DNA from: Limnochordia bacterium
GTDB taxonomy: Bacteria; Bacillota; Limnochordia; DTU080
Reading direction: 5' to 3'
Length of the DNA: 64,000 bases
NCBI GenBank assembly: GCA_050951545.1
Contig: JBMNJG010000012.1
Coordinates: 192,001-256,000 of the forward strand
Shown here: positions 1-10,174 of the stretch, piece after piece
How positions within the stretch are numbered: the first letter of the stretch is position 1
Layout of the letters: each line of letters opens with the position of its first letter
Notes under the pieces: generated by a model
Told to the model about the DNA's origin: nothing
What the model saw: the letters and a program-made list of their open reading frames with translations, nothing else
Database searches by the model: none
Position numbers and translations under genes: made by a program

Positions 1-139
1 GCCAGCGGTCCAACGCCTCCAAGGCCTGCTCGCCGTCGCCTGCTATACCGACCACCTGCATGTCTGGTTGAGCATCAATGTGTTCTCTCAGGGTGTGGCA
101 GAGCTGAGTGTTATCATCAGCAAGGACCACTCTAATCAT
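1..139 (-). CDS. Response regulator receiver domain, Spo0A-like N-terminus (partial, runs off window edge)
   Basis: Not in ORF track. Manual translation from ATG at 139 gives MIRVVLADDNTQLCHTLREHIDAQPDMQVVGIAGDGEQALEAL, resembling the Spo0A receiver start (ADDN...QEDMEV.G.A.NG). Purine-rich RBS upstream. Confidence 0.75.
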   Translation of the reverse strand, partial: MIRVVLADDNTQLCHTLREHIDAQPDMQVVGIAGDGEQALEALDRW

Positions 140-164
140 GGGTGTCCTCTTCTTCCTGCGTTAC

Positions 165-857
165 CTACTCATCGCGGCTGGCACCGCGTAGAATCAACAG
201 GCGAATCAGCTGGCTGATGGCCACTGCAACTGCAGCCACATAGGTCAAAGCCGCTGCCTGTAACACCGCTCTGACGCCGCTTGCTTCATTACCTTGTACA
301 TATCCCCCATCGGCCAGAAGTCGCATCGCTCTAGAACTCGCGTTAAACTCTACAGGTAGCGTGATCAACTGAAACGCCAAGGCGCCGATGAAAAGCCAGA
401 TACCAAGGGTCAATAGCCCTGTTGCCCCTGTGATCAATCCCAGCAAAACCAAGGGAAAGGCAGCGTTCGATCCAAAGGCTGCTACAGGATATATGCCATT
501 GCGTACCTGCAGCGGCATGTAGTGCTGCTGATGCTGTAGCGCGTGCCCTGTCTCATGGGCCGCCACACCGATAGCAGCGAGTGATGTGCCAGAATACACC
601 TCTGGCGACAAGCGCATCCGTCTTTGACGTGGGTCATAGTGATCGCCCAGGTGGTGGCGAATTGGTTCGACAGGTACGTCATGTAGACCCGCAGCGTTGA
701 GCAGGCTCCTCGCCACCTGGGCTCCGGTTAGGCCGCGCGTCGATGGTACCCGGCTGTAGCGACCAAACGTCGCTTTTACCCGCAGTTGTGCCCACATGGC
801 CAGCAACATGGCAGGAATCAGAACCATAACGGTTGGATCATAGTAGGGCCAGAACAT
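165..857 (-). CDS. Membrane neutral zinc metallopeptidase (YugP / Zn_peptidase_2 family)
   Basis: DHYDP, AAHETGHALQH (HExxH) and TLPVEFNASSRA motifs plus hydrophobic segments. Start moved to ATG 857 after a GGGGAGGT RBS. Confidence 0.9.
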   Translation of the reverse strand: MFWPYYDPTVMVLIPAMLLAMWAQLRVKATFGRYSRVPSTRGLTGAQVARSLLNAAGLHDVPVEPIRHHLGDHYDPRQRRMRLSPEVYSGTSLAAIGVAAHETGHALQHQQHYMPLQVRNGIYPVAAFGSNAAFPLVLLGLITGATGLLTLGIWLFIGALAFQLITLPVEFNASSRAMRLLADGGYVQGNEASGVRAVLQAAALTYVAAVAVAISQLIRLLILRGASRDE

Positions 858-907
858 GATAGGAATAACCTCCCCACAAACTGATGTAATGCTGTTCGGG
901 CATGTCG

Positions 908-954
908 GCGGCCTCGACTTTCGCCCGTAGTTGGCCGTCGACACGCGTACTCCC
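908..954 (-). repeat. Dispersed ~47-bp intergenic element, copy A
   Basis: Sense GGGAGTACGCGTGTCGACGGCCAACTACGGGCGAAAGTCGAGGCCGC; 43/47 identical to the copy at 51496-51542. Confidence 0.85.
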
Positions 955-976
955 GAGACCATATGGGAGAAAAGCC

Positions 977-1915
977 TCAGGTGCGGCCCTGGAAACACGT
1001 GGCGGTTGTCACTCGGTAACCCCGGGCGAATGAAGAAGCAAGCATCCGTTTGCTGTTTTCCGGCTGCAGCTCTTGTACCAATAGTGTACCACGGCCGCAA
1101 GCTACCTCAAGGCCCTCGTCAGAGACGGCGATTACGCAGCCAGGAGACGATTTCACCGAGAAAGACCCAGTGACAGCTCGCCATATTTTGACACGACGGC
1201 CGTCTAACACGGTGAACGCACCTGGCCAAGGTGAGAAGGCCCTCACCTGGTTGGCCACAGTGGCGCTATCCAGGTTCCAGTCCACGCTTCCATCCTCGCG
1301 CTTCAAGCGTTTGGTCACCGAAGCGAGTGAGTGGTCTTGCGGTCGTCGCAAGACGGTTCCAGCGATGACCTGCTGCAGAGTCTCCACAAGGAGACCCGCC
1401 CCTATTGACGCCAAGCGATCGTGCAGTGAACCTGCATCGTCTTCATCGCCGATGGGCGTCGCGACCTGGGCAATTACGTCGCCCGTATCCATTCCTTCAT
1501 CGAGGTACATCGTCGTGACGCCTGTCTCGGCTACCCCATCAAGGATGGCCTGCTGAATGGGACTCGCACCACGGTACAGGGGTAGTAACGACGGATGAAC
1601 GTTGATGCATCCTCTCGGAGGCAAGTTGAGCAAGGCCTTTGGGAGAAACTGCCCAAAGGCGACAACAACAATGGCATCCGGCCTCATCTCGGAGATCGCT
1701 GTCACGCATCGCGAATCGCTGAGGCGCTGCGGCTGTAGAATGGGCAGGCCTAACTCCAGAGCCTTCTCCTTGACCGGAGGTGGGCTGACACGCATGCCAC
1801 GTCCTTGAGGACGGTCAGGTTGGGTGACCACAGCCAAAACCGCAAAGCCCGCCTCTACAATGGCCGCAAGGCTTGGGACAGCAAACTCCGGGGTGCCCAT
1901 AAACACCAGGCGCAT
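977..1915 (-). CDS. fmt: Methionyl-tRNA formyltransferase
   Basis: MRLVFMGTPEFA, VVTQPDRP, NVHPSLLP.YRG, MDTG motifs; follows def. Confidence 0.97.
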   Translation of the reverse strand: MRLVFMGTPEFAVPSLAAIVEAGFAVLAVVTQPDRPQGRGMRVSPPPVKEKALELGLPILQPQRLSDSRCVTAISEMRPDAIVVVAFGQFLPKALLNLPPRGCINVHPSLLPLYRGASPIQQAILDGVAETGVTTMYLDEGMDTGDVIAQVATPIGDEDDAGSLHDRLASIGAGLLVETLQQVIAGTVLRRPQDHSLASVTKRLKREDGSVDWNLDSATVANQVRAFSPWPGAFTVLDGRRVKIWRAVTGSFSVKSSPGCVIAVSDEGLEVACGRGTLLVQELQPENSKRMLASSFARGYRVTTATCFQGRT

Positions 1916-1935
1916 GGCATCACCTTCTATGTCTA

Positions 1936-2388
1936 CTACCCCGACGGGCTGGGCATCATCTTGTCAATGAAGAGAATCCCGTCAAGGTGATCTATCTCAT
2001 GTTGCAGTGCTCGGGCCAGTAATCCAGTTGCCTCGATTCGAGTGGGCCGACCACGAAGATCCAGGGCATTCACCACAATCCAGTCGCTACGGTCCACGTA
2101 GCCCCACACATCAGGAACAGACAGGCAGCCTTCCTTGTCGATCTCTGAGCCCTCCGCCTGTTGTATATGGGGATTAATCAGATGCAATGGGCCGTCGCCT
2201 ACATCAACTACAATCAGGCGTTGAGAGACACCCACCTGGGGAGCAGCCAGGCCTACCCCGTCTGCAGCGTACATAGTCTCTTCCATGTCACGCAGAAACT
2301 TGACTATGCGCTTCGTTACCTTAGGGACTGGCTCTGCCACCAGCCGCAAGACAGGTGCATCAGATAGCTTTATTTCCATCTTCCCCAA
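1936..2388 (-). CDS. def: Peptide deformylase
   Basis: GVGLAAPQ, EGCLS, QHEIDHL motifs. Confidence 0.97.
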   Translation of the reverse strand: MGKMEIKLSDAPVLRLVAEPVPKVTKRIVKFLRDMEETMYAADGVGLAAPQVGVSQRLIVVDVGDGPLHLINPHIQQAEGSEIDKEGCLSVPDVWGYVDRSDWIVVNALDLRGRPTRIEATGLLARALQHEIDHLDGILFIDKMMPSPSG

Positions 2389-2416
2389 TGCACAGCCCTC
2401 CCGTTCGACGACGCTG

Positions 2417-4630
2417 CTAGAGCAGCGAAAAGGGGTCCACGTCGACCACGATGTGGCTTTGGGCGTTTCGGGACTCCTTCACAGCACAGCGGGCGGCCTC
2501 TAGCACGAGAGGCTGGGCCCCCTTAAGTAGGATATGCCAACGGAAGCGATTCTTCAAGCGGCTCAAGGGCGCTGGAGCTGGTCCGATCACCTCGATACCC
2601 TCGCTTGCGCATACACGAGAGATAAGTGCGGCTTCGCGAATAGCGTCTTGTTCGTCCTCCGAGGTGATCAGGATGCGTACTAGGGATGTTAGGGGCGGAT
2701 AGGCGACTCGGCGTCTATAGGCCAGCTCTTGCGCGAAGAAGGTCTCGTAGTCATGTGTTTGGGCCGCGCGGATGCTGTAGTGCTCGGGTGAATAGGTCTG
2801 AATGACCACACGGCCCGGTTCGCTTCCCCGTCCTGCCCGTCCCGCCACCTGAGTGAGCAGCTGAAAGGTACGTTCTGCGGCGCGAAAATCAGGGAAATGT
2901 AGCGAGGTGTCTGCGCTCATCACCCCCACGAGCGTGACTCCTGGAAAGTGCAGGCCTTTGGCTATCATCTGGGTTCCTACAAGCACATCGGCTTGACCGC
3001 GCGAAAAGGCCCTCCAGATAGCCTCATGAGCTCCTTTGCGACTAGTGGTGTCCACATCCATGCGAAGGGTTCTGGCATTGGGAAACAGGCGACACACTTC
3101 TTGCTCTACCCGTTGAGTGCCAGCCCCGAACGGCCGAAGATAGGGGCTGCTGCAATTCGGACACTGGGGCATGAGCCTTCGGGTTGACCCGCAGTAGTGA
3201 CATGTAAGCGTTTGTGGTTCGTGGAAAGTAAGCGAAACCTCACAGTGATCGCACTTCACAGTGGCCCCACACTCGCGGCATAGCACAAAGGAGGCATACC
3301 CGCGCCGGTTGAGAAACAGCAGGGCCTGTTCGTGCCGAGCCAAACAAGCATGCAGCTCCATCTGTAATTCTCGGCTGAACATAGTCCGGTTTCCAGCAAG
3401 TAGCTCTTCCCGCATGTCCACGATGCTGACCTGAGGCAGCGGTTTGTTCTCCACACGATGGGGGAGTCGTAGCAGTTCATACTCGCCGCTTAGAGCTGCA
3501 GAAAACGACTCCAGGCTCGGTGTAGCACTGCCCAAGATCAGCAAACCGCCTTCATGCTCCACTCGTGCCTGAGCAACATCTCGGGCGTGATAGCGTGGCC
3601 CCTCCTCTTGCTTGTAGGCGCCTTCCTGCTCCTCGTCGATTACGATCAGGCCTAGATTGGAGACGGGAGCAAACACCGCGGAGCGAGCACCCAGTACAAC
3701 CTGAGCCCGGCCGTCAGCCGCGGCGTGCCATTGCTCGGCGCGCTCGCTTATGGATAGTCGACTGTGTAACACGGCTACCCGGTCACCAAACCAACCCTTG
3801 AACGCGGCTATCGCCTGAGGTGTCAGGCTGATCTCGGGAACAAGGACTATGGCTGATTTCCTTTGCTCTAGTGCTGCGGCGATGGAGTGAAGATATACAA
3901 GGGTTTTCCCGCTTCCCGTGACTCCAAAGAGCACGAATTGGCCGCTTCCGACAGCCAACGCCTCATTGAGTCGAGTCAGTGCCTTGGCTTGTCCAGGACT
4001 AAGAGGATGATCTTGCTTGCGCCACGTACGCCCCGCCCAGATATCACGCTGTACAAGACGACTTGTCCGTCGGACGAACCCCTTGTCAACAAGGGCTGAT
4101 AGCGCAGACGGGGATAGCCCGGCGCCCGCAACTTCCTTGGCAGTTGCAGTTCCCCCACGGGCGGCGAGCCATTGATACGCTTCGGTCTGCCGCGGCGCTC
4201 GCGCCAGAGCCTCAACCACACCTCGAGCGTCGTCGGCTAATGGTGTGAGGCCGTATACGTTTTGGCGCAAGACGGTGGCGCGGGTTGAGCTGCGCAGAGC
4301 GGTGCCTGGCGGTAGCCAGCATTGGAGTGCTTGTGCCAACACGCACAAATAGCGTTGGCTCATCCATTCAGCAAGTCTCATACGCGCTGCTGATAGAAGA
4401 GGCTTCTCGTCAAGCAATTTGGCTATTGGCTTGAGGTCGGGAATGGTGCTTGTGGCTGGGTAGCGCACCACATATCCTTCCACGTGACGCCCGCCAAAAG
4501 GTACAAGCACGCGGTGCCCCGGTTTCAGAGTGCTGACAAACTCTACCGGGACAGCGTAATCAAAGAGTCGGTCAACATCACGAATGCGCACGTCTACTAC
4601 GACCTGCGCTACAGATGCAGTCACTGGCAA
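2417..4630 (-). CDS. priA: Primosomal protein N' (replication restart helicase)
   Basis: GVTGSGKT, DEEQE, LNRRGY, two CxxC zinc-knuckle pairs, QVAGRAGR. Confidence 0.97.
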   Translation of the reverse strand: MPVTASVAQVVVDVRIRDVDRLFDYAVPVEFVSTLKPGHRVLVPFGGRHVEGYVVRYPATSTIPDLKPIAKLLDEKPLLSAARMRLAEWMSQRYLCVLAQALQCWLPPGTALRSSTRATVLRQNVYGLTPLADDARGVVEALARAPRQTEAYQWLAARGGTATAKEVAGAGLSPSALSALVDKGFVRRTSRLVQRDIWAGRTWRKQDHPLSPGQAKALTRLNEALAVGSGQFVLFGVTGSGKTLVYLHSIAAALEQRKSAIVLVPEISLTPQAIAAFKGWFGDRVAVLHSRLSISERAEQWHAAADGRAQVVLGARSAVFAPVSNLGLIVIDEEQEGAYKQEEGPRYHARDVAQARVEHEGGLLILGSATPSLESFSAALSGEYELLRLPHRVENKPLPQVSIVDMREELLAGNRTMFSRELQMELHACLARHEQALLFLNRRGYASFVLCRECGATVKCDHCEVSLTFHEPQTLTCHYCGSTRRLMPQCPNCSSPYLRPFGAGTQRVEQEVCRLFPNARTLRMDVDTTSRKGAHEAIWRAFSRGQADVLVGTQMIAKGLHFPGVTLVGVMSADTSLHFPDFRAAERTFQLLTQVAGRAGRGSEPGRVVIQTYSPEHYSIRAAQTHDYETFFAQELAYRRRVAYPPLTSLVRILITSEDEQDAIREAALISRVCASEGIEVIGPAPAPLSRLKNRFRWHILLKGAQPLVLEAARCAVKESRNAQSHIVVDVDPFSLL

Positions 4631-4687
4631 CGCTCCCTAGCCTCTTTTCCTATTCCCTCTTCTGGTAGGGAGACGCTTCTCCTGGGT

Positions 4688-4903
4688 CTATCGAACGGGA
4701 CCGCTGCCGCGCGTGCGCTCCCACCCTACCCTATCTTGGGCGATCTCGTTCAGTGCAATGGTCACTGGTCTGTCTGACCCGCAGTTGACCAAAGGCTTGG
4801 CACCCTCAAGAAGCTGGCGCGCCCGCTTGGCGGCAAATGCTACGAGAGTGTAACGGCTATCTACTCTTTCGCGTAGCTGATCCATCGATGGTTGGTTCAT
4901 CAT
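4688..4903 (-). CDS. rpoZ: RNA polymerase omega subunit
   Basis: SRYTLV..AAKRARQL and PVTIALNEI; downstream of gmk. Confidence 0.95.
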   Translation of the reverse strand: MMNQPSMDQLRERVDSRYTLVAFAAKRARQLLEGAKPLVNCGSDRPVTIALNEIAQDRVGWERTRGSGPVR

Positions 4904-5505
4904 AGGCTTTCCCCCCCTTTTCCGAAACCGCCTCGGCTGACGCGCAGACTCTCCGCCCGAATAATGGCTCTGAGATCCTGCACCGCCTCATTGAGGTCGG
5001 CGTTAACAATCCAATAATCGTAGTCGACCACGCTGTGCATCTCTTCTTCGGCTCTGGCCATGCGCGATGCAATTGCTTCTGGGGGATCGGCAGCACGTCG
5101 GACAATTCTCTTGCGCAGTTCATCGAGCGAAGGCGGCATAAGAAAGACAAAAACGCCCTCAGGCACGGTTTGGCGCAGCTGCTGTGCGCCTTGGATATCG
5201 ATGTCGCTGATCACTACCATTCCCTGGGCCAGCATCTCCTCCACGAAGGCGCGGGGCGTACCGTACAAGTTGCCGCAGTAATCTGCCCACTCCAAGAGGC
5301 CATCGTTTTGTATAAGATCGCGGAACTCTTCTGCGCTGAGAAAGTAGTAATCCACCCCGTGTTTCTCACCAGGCCGAGGCGGCCGCGTAGTGGCTGAAAC
5401 GGAGTAGATCATGCCTGGTATCTTTCCCAATACAGCCCCGAGTAACGTATCCTTACCAACGGATGACGGCCCGCTAAGCACAACCAAGAAACCCTGCCTA
5501 CTCAT
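4900..5505 (-). CDS. gmk: Guanylate kinase
   Basis: SGPSSVGK P-loop, SVSATTRPPRPGE..GVDYYF, YGTP. Start set at ATG 5505 after AGGAGG. Confidence 0.96.
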   Translation of the reverse strand: MSRQGFLVVLSGPSSVGKDTLLGAVLGKIPGMIYSVSATTRPPRPGEKHGVDYYFLSAEEFRDLIQNDGLLEWADYCGNLYGTPRAFVEEMLAQGMVVISDIDIQGAQQLRQTVPEGVFVFLMPPSLDELRKRIVRRAADPPEAIASRMARAEEEMHSVVDYDYWIVNADLNEAVQDLRAIIRAESLRVSRGGFGKGGESL

Positions 5506-5522
5506 ACTGCGCCTCCTGGGAG

Positions 5523-5789
5523 TCACAAGATGGTCTCCGAAGCACCATCGCGTGCAGACAGGCGATGCGCTACAGTCTCAGGCAGCACAGCCGAGAGAAT
5601 CACATGTTCAGAGTCACATATGATAACTGCCCGTGTGCGCCGACCGTACGTGGCATCAATCAGCATGCCGCGTTCGCGGGCATCTTGCACGATGCGTTTG
5701 ATCGGTGCAGACTCGGGACTCACGATGACGACAATGCGATTCGCGGCGATAATATTCCCAAACCCGATGTTGATCATTTTGATCTGCAT
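5523..5789 (-). CDS. remA: RemA/YlzA (DUF370) regulatory protein
   Basis: [30 protein letters not shown]; canonical position upstream of gmk. Start approximate. Confidence 0.92.
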   Translation of the reverse strand: MQIKMINIGFGNIIAANRIVVIVSPESAPIKRIVQDARERGMLIDATYGRRTRAVIICDSEHVILSAVLPETVAHRLSARDGASETIL

Positions 5790-5837
5790 GCCGAAAGAAC
5801 GGTCTCCTCCCACGAAAGCCGCTAAAATGCTTGTTTC

Positions 5838-5883
5838 TGAAACATAGGCGCCCCTAAGTGTACGGGCATCTGGGCGCCTATGT
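5838..5883 (-). terminator. Stem-loop downstream of mIHF-like gene (possible terminator)
   Basis: Perfect 12-bp inverted repeat ACATAGGCGCCC(5842-5853)/GGGCGCCTATGT(5872-5883); only a short T run follows. Confidence 0.5.
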
Positions 5884-5906
5884 AGATGCGTGACGCCACT
5901 GCTAAC

Positions 5907-6212
5907 TCAGAACTTCTCCAAGAGAGCGTCGATCTGTCTCTTCCCTAGCCCCTGCACGCGGCGGCTTTCATGAATGCCAATTTCGCCCATTATTCGGCGA
6001 CTCGTAACCTTGCCTACCTGCGGTAGGGACTGAAGCAGATAGACAACGCGCATTTTCGCTACGACCTCATTCTCGGACTGCGCAAGAACATCTCTCAAAG
6101 AGAGCTTTCCAGACTTTAGGTCTTCGCGAATCGCCGCCCGCTGACTGCGCATGTTCTGGGCTTTCTCCAATGCCCTTCGTTTCTCCTCTACGGTCAACTT
6201 GGGTAGTGCCAT
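5907..6212 (-). CDS. Actinobacterial-type integration host factor (mIHF/sIHF-like, H2TH) nucleoid protein
   Basis: MALPKLT.EEKRRALEKA...R.....LKSG, LL.SLPQVGKV, RRVQGLG.RQ..AL; strong AAGGAGGT RBS. Confidence 0.88.
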   Translation of the reverse strand: MALPKLTVEEKRRALEKAQNMRSQRAAIREDLKSGKLSLRDVLAQSENEVVAKMRVVYLLQSLPQVGKVTSRRIMGEIGIHESRRVQGLGKRQIDALLEKF

Positions 6213-6330
6213 TCCTGGTCACCTCCTTATCGCGTGTATTCCAACGAGGGACTAACCGCATAGGTGCTTGTATTCGTAGCCAGAGAACTGGCGTGACGAA
6301 CGCTCCGCACTATGCGCTACGTGATGGCCA

Positions 6331-7200
6331 CTACTCTATGTTCTGTGCCTGCTCGCGTATTTTCTCGAGTTCGGCCTTGATATCCACCACTATCGCAGCA
6401 GCTTGGCTATCAGCTGTTTTGGAGGCCATCGTGTTGACCTCTCGATTGAGCTCTTGGAGCAGAAAGTCGAGCTTGCGGCCTACTTGACCGTTGGTGGTGC
6501 ATGCCTCGCGAAAATGCGTAATGTGACTTCTTGCTCGGACGAGCTCTTCGCTAATGCAGCAGCGATCTGCGAAGATGATCATCTCTGCGGCCAGGCGGTC
6601 TTCAGTGATCGAAGGTGAAGCAACGAGTTCGGCAAGCCGAGCTCCAAGACGTTCCCTGTATTCGGCTACGATACTAGGAACTCGCTCCGCGATGTCATCT
6701 AGCCATTGTTCCACCAAGTGCAGGCGCTGTAGCATGTCTTGCTGCAAGCGCTGCCCCTCAGACTGCCGCATGTTGACCAGACTGTCCAAGGCCATGGATA
6801 GAGCTTGTTCGATTAACGGCCACAGATCGGCGTCTTTTTTTTCCGTTACCACAAACATGTCAGGAATGAGGAGCAGCGATTCTAGTGTTACATTCAGCGG
6901 TCCCACAACGCGAGTCGCTTCAGAAAGGGTAGCCGCGAAGCCTTCCAAAAGGCTCTTGTTAAGTCTGACCGTTCGCTCTGCTAGGCCAAAATCCTCTATG
7001 ACGACAAAGAGTTCTACGCGGCCTCTATGTAGCCGTTCGTGGACGATCTGCCGAATGCTTTCTTCCCACCCAGCATGCGGGTGCGGTGTATGTATCACGA
7101 CGTCTCGGTAGCGGTGGTTCACAGTGCGTATTTCTACTCGTATCTGTTGCTTCTCATCACCAGACACACCAGTACCGAAACCCGTCATGGAGACCAGCAC
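6331..7200 (-). CDS. yloC: YicC/YloC family endoribonuclease
   Basis: SMTGFG, EIRTVNHRY, GRKLDFLLQELNREVNT, EKIREQAQNIE. Start set at GTG 7200. Confidence 0.93.
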   Translation of the reverse strand: MLVSMTGFGTGVSGDEKQQIRVEIRTVNHRYRDVVIHTPHPHAGWEESIRQIVHERLHRGRVELFVVIEDFGLAERTVRLNKSLLEGFAATLSEATRVVGPLNVTLESLLLIPDMFVVTEKKDADLWPLIEQALSMALDSLVNMRQSEGQRLQQDMLQRLHLVEQWLDDIAERVPSIVAEYRERLGARLAELVASPSITEDRLAAEMIIFADRCCISEELVRARSHITHFREACTTNGQVGRKLDFLLQELNREVNTMASKTADSQAAAIVVDIKAELEKIREQAQNIE

Positions 7201-7328
7201 GTCATTACCCCCAATCTGAGGCAGCTGGGGCCTGGGCCATAGCTGCCTCAGATAGCCAGGATGTGAGTTCATTGTATCGCGATCATTGGCTCATGTAAAC
7301 CTGCGAACCAATAGTGCTGCTGGGAGGG

Positions 7329-10070
7329 TCATGAAGTGACACGGATCAAGGACACGCGTCGGCCCCAATAAAGGCGTATGAGGCGCAAGGTTCCCTCCAT
7401 GATGATAGACCAACCGCTGAAGGTCAGTACCACCAGCCAATCCGTCAGGGAAAGAGGCACGGTATGAAAGATAGGCCGAGTAATCGGCCAGTAGATGACG
7501 AGGAGGTGCATAGCGACAGAGACTGACACAGCAGCGACAAGGTAGCGGTTCTTGAGAAGACCTACCTCAAACACCGAGCGAAACTCGCTACGGCACTGGA
7601 AAACGTAGAACAGCTGAGCCATGACGAGAGTTGTGAAGGCGAGGGTCTGAGACCACTCCAGATCTGACGGCCTCAGTGTGGTGGCGATTCTAAAGACCGC
7701 TACGGTGCAAAGTCCTATGAGAGTACCACGCATCAGAATCTTTCGGTGCAGCCCTCTGGCAAAGATGCTTTCGTTAGCTTTGCGGGGAGGGCGCTGCATC
7801 ACATCATCGTGGGGAGGATCGACGCCCAAGGCAATGGCGGGCAGCCCATCGGTGATTAGGTTCATCCACAGAATCTGAATCGGCACGAGCGGCAGCGGCA
7901 TGCCTTGGACCGTGGCGAGAAGCATGGTCAACACTTCACCTACATTACACGCTAACAGATAACGGATGAACTTGCGGATGTTGTCGTAGATGCCGCGCCC
8001 CTCCTCAATCGCTGCTACGATGGTGGCATAGTTGTCATCAGCCAATACCATGGCGCTAGCGTCCTTGGTGACATCTGTTCCAGAAAGTCCCATGGCGATG
8101 CCGATGTCGGCCTCCTTGACTGCAGGAGCATCGTTGATGCCGTCACCTGTCATGGCGACGACCTCTCCCTGGCTACGCAGCATCCGCACAATGCGCAGCT
8201 TGTGTCTCGGGGAGACACGGGCGAAAATCGATGTTTTGCGCAACAGCTCAGCCAGCTGTCTGTCGTTGAGGGTATCGAGATGGTCACCCGTGGCAGCTCC
8301 TGCTGTGTCGGAAAGCCCGAGGCGACGCCCGACCGCCAGGGCTGTATCCTTGTGGTCACCTGTCACCATGATGGTGCGAATCCCTGCCCGTTTTGCGATG
8401 GCGATGGCCCGACGTACCTCCTCCCGGGGCGGGTCCATCATTGCTGCCAAGGCCACGAAGACAAGACCTTGCTCCACCAGTCTTTCGGCGGGCGGATCTG
8501 AGACCTGTGATACTGGAAGCGGGCGGTAGGCCAGAGCCAAGACGCGTAGTGACTCTTCGGCCATAGATGTGACTCTCTCTCGCAGAAATCGACGTTCTGC
8601 AGAGCCAAGAGGGCGTGGCTGGCCCGAACTCAGCACATGGGTACAGCGCTCAATAATCACATCGGGGGCGCCCTTGACCATGCTACGCAGACCTTGCCAA
8701 CGGACAACGACGCTCATCCGCTTGCGGTAGGAGTCAAAAGGCACCTCGGCTACGGCCGGGTACCGTAAGCGCACGGAGTCGGGATCCATGCCGCCTTTGG
8801 CAGCCAGTATCGCCAGTGCCGCTTCCGTAGGATCGCCTATGATACCCAGGGTTCTGGAGGGATCACCTTTCTTATCTCGCAGCAAGCGGGCGTGATTGCA
8901 TAAGGCCGCAATAGCCAATGCGGTTCGCCAGTCGGGGTCGGCGGCCGGGTTGACCAAGCGCCCGTGTTCGCGAAACTCACCACTGGTGCTGAAGCCCGTG
9001 CCGCTGACATCGAGCTGCCGACCCGCGGTGACCAAGCGAACCACTGTCATCTCATTCTTGGTAAGCGTTCCGGTTTTGTCGGCGCATATGACGGTGGCGC
9101 AGCCTAGTGTCTCTACGGCGGGTAGACTACGGATAATGCCCCGTCGGCGAATCATTCGTTGGACACCGATAGCCAAGGCAATGGTTACGACGGCAGGGAG
9201 CCCTTCCGGGATAGCAGCTACAGCCAGACTAACTCCAGTCAGAAACATCTTGTACACTGGCATGCCCTGCAGAATACCTGCGGCAAAGACCAAACTGACT
9301 AAACCCAGGCACACGGCGACCAACGACTTACCTAGTTGCTCCAAGCGGGCCTGCAAAGGTGTGGCCCCCGCATCAGCGTCTTGGATGAGGCCCGCTATCT
9401 CTCCGATCTGGGTGTGCATTCCCGTGGCCACCACGATACCCCGACCTCGGCCTCGGACAGCCGTCGTGCCCATGAACAGAGTATTTCGCCGATCGCCAGG
9501 GCCCTCCCGTCCGCACCCCACCCATGTGGTGCTTTTGGACACAGGCAGGGACTCACCAGTCAGTGGACTCTCATTGGTCGCTAGCGAACTCGCAGAGAAC
9601 AGCCGCAGATCGGCGGGGATGCGATCGCCACTCTCAATCTCTACGAGATCGCCGGGAACCAACTCTTCTGCACGCATGTCCGTGATTCGTTGGTCACGGA
9701 CTACCCGTGTTCGAGGTGCCACTAGCTGTTTCAGGGCTGCCAACGAGGCTTCTGCCTTTGCCTCTTGCATGTAGCCCAGGACAGCGTTGACGAGCACAAT
9801 CGCGGCTATCGCAATGGAGTCCGCCAGCTCACCCAAGAGTGCGCTGATGGCGGTTGCAGCCAGAAGGACCATGACCATAAAATCCTGGAATTGCTGAACG
9901 AAAAGGCGCCACTTTGGCTTCTTTGGTTTTTCTGCCAGCTTGTTGGGGCCGAAGCGCGCCAAACGACGGCGCGCTTCAACCGTCGACAGGCCTAGGCTGC
10001 TATCAGTATGGAGGATCCGTTCTATTTGGTCTTTACTCAGTGTATGCCACTGGTGAGCCTGATGCATCAT
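7329..10070 (-). CDS. P-type IIA (Ca2+-transporting) ATPase, YloB-like
   Basis: TGES, PEGL, DKTGT, KGAPD, TGD, GDGIND, QILWMNL motifs. Confidence 0.95.
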   Translation of the reverse strand: MMHQAHQWHTLSKDQIERILHTDSSLGLSTVEARRRLARFGPNKLAEKPKKPKWRLFVQQFQDFMVMVLLAATAISALLGELADSIAIAAIVLVNAVLGYMQEAKAEASLAALKQLVAPRTRVVRDQRITDMRAEELVPGDLVEIESGDRIPADLRLFSASSLATNESPLTGESLPVSKSTTWVGCGREGPGDRRNTLFMGTTAVRGRGRGIVVATGMHTQIGEIAGLIQDADAGATPLQARLEQLGKSLVAVCLGLVSLVFAAGILQGMPVYKMFLTGVSLAVAAIPEGLPAVVTIALAIGVQRMIRRRGIIRSLPAVETLGCATVICADKTGTLTKNEMTVVRLVTAGRQLDVSGTGFSTSGEFREHGRLVNPAADPDWRTALAIAALCNHARLLRDKKGDPSRTLGIIGDPTEAALAILAAKGGMDPDSVRLRYPAVAEVPFDSYRKRMSVVVRWQGLRSMVKGAPDVIIERCTHVLSSGQPRPLGSAERRFLRERVTSMAEESLRVLALAYRPLPVSQVSDPPAERLVEQGLVFVALAAMMDPPREEVRRAIAIAKRAGIRTIMVTGDHKDTALAVGRRLGLSDTAGAATGDHLDTLNDRQLAELLRKTSIFARVSPRHKLRIVRMLRSQGEVVAMTGDGINDAPAVKEADIGIAMGLSGTDVTKDASAMVLADDNYATIVAAIEEGRGIYDNIRKFIRYLLACNVGEVLTMLLATVQGMPLPLVPIQILWMNLITDGLPAIALGVDPPHDDVMQRPPRKANESIFARGLHRKILMRGTLIGLCTVAVFRIATTLRPSDLEWSQTLAFTTLVMAQLFYVFQCRSEFRSVFEVGLLKNRYLVAAVSVSVAMHLLVIYWPITRPIFHTVPLSLTDWLVVLTFSGWSIIMEGTLRLIRLYWGRRVSLIRVTS

Positions 10071-10174
10071 CCCATGGTCCTTTCCGGGGGGACTGGCGTT
10101 GCACTGACCTCGCAGGTCATGCCTATTCCCGCAGGAAGGAGTTCATGCGTATGAGACACAGGCAGACGACTAGT

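Noticed and set aside
5454-5474. Gmk P-loop GPSSVGK instead of GPSGxGK as a sign of inactivation
   Set aside because: Still fits GxxxxGK, and the other GMP-binding motifs are intact.
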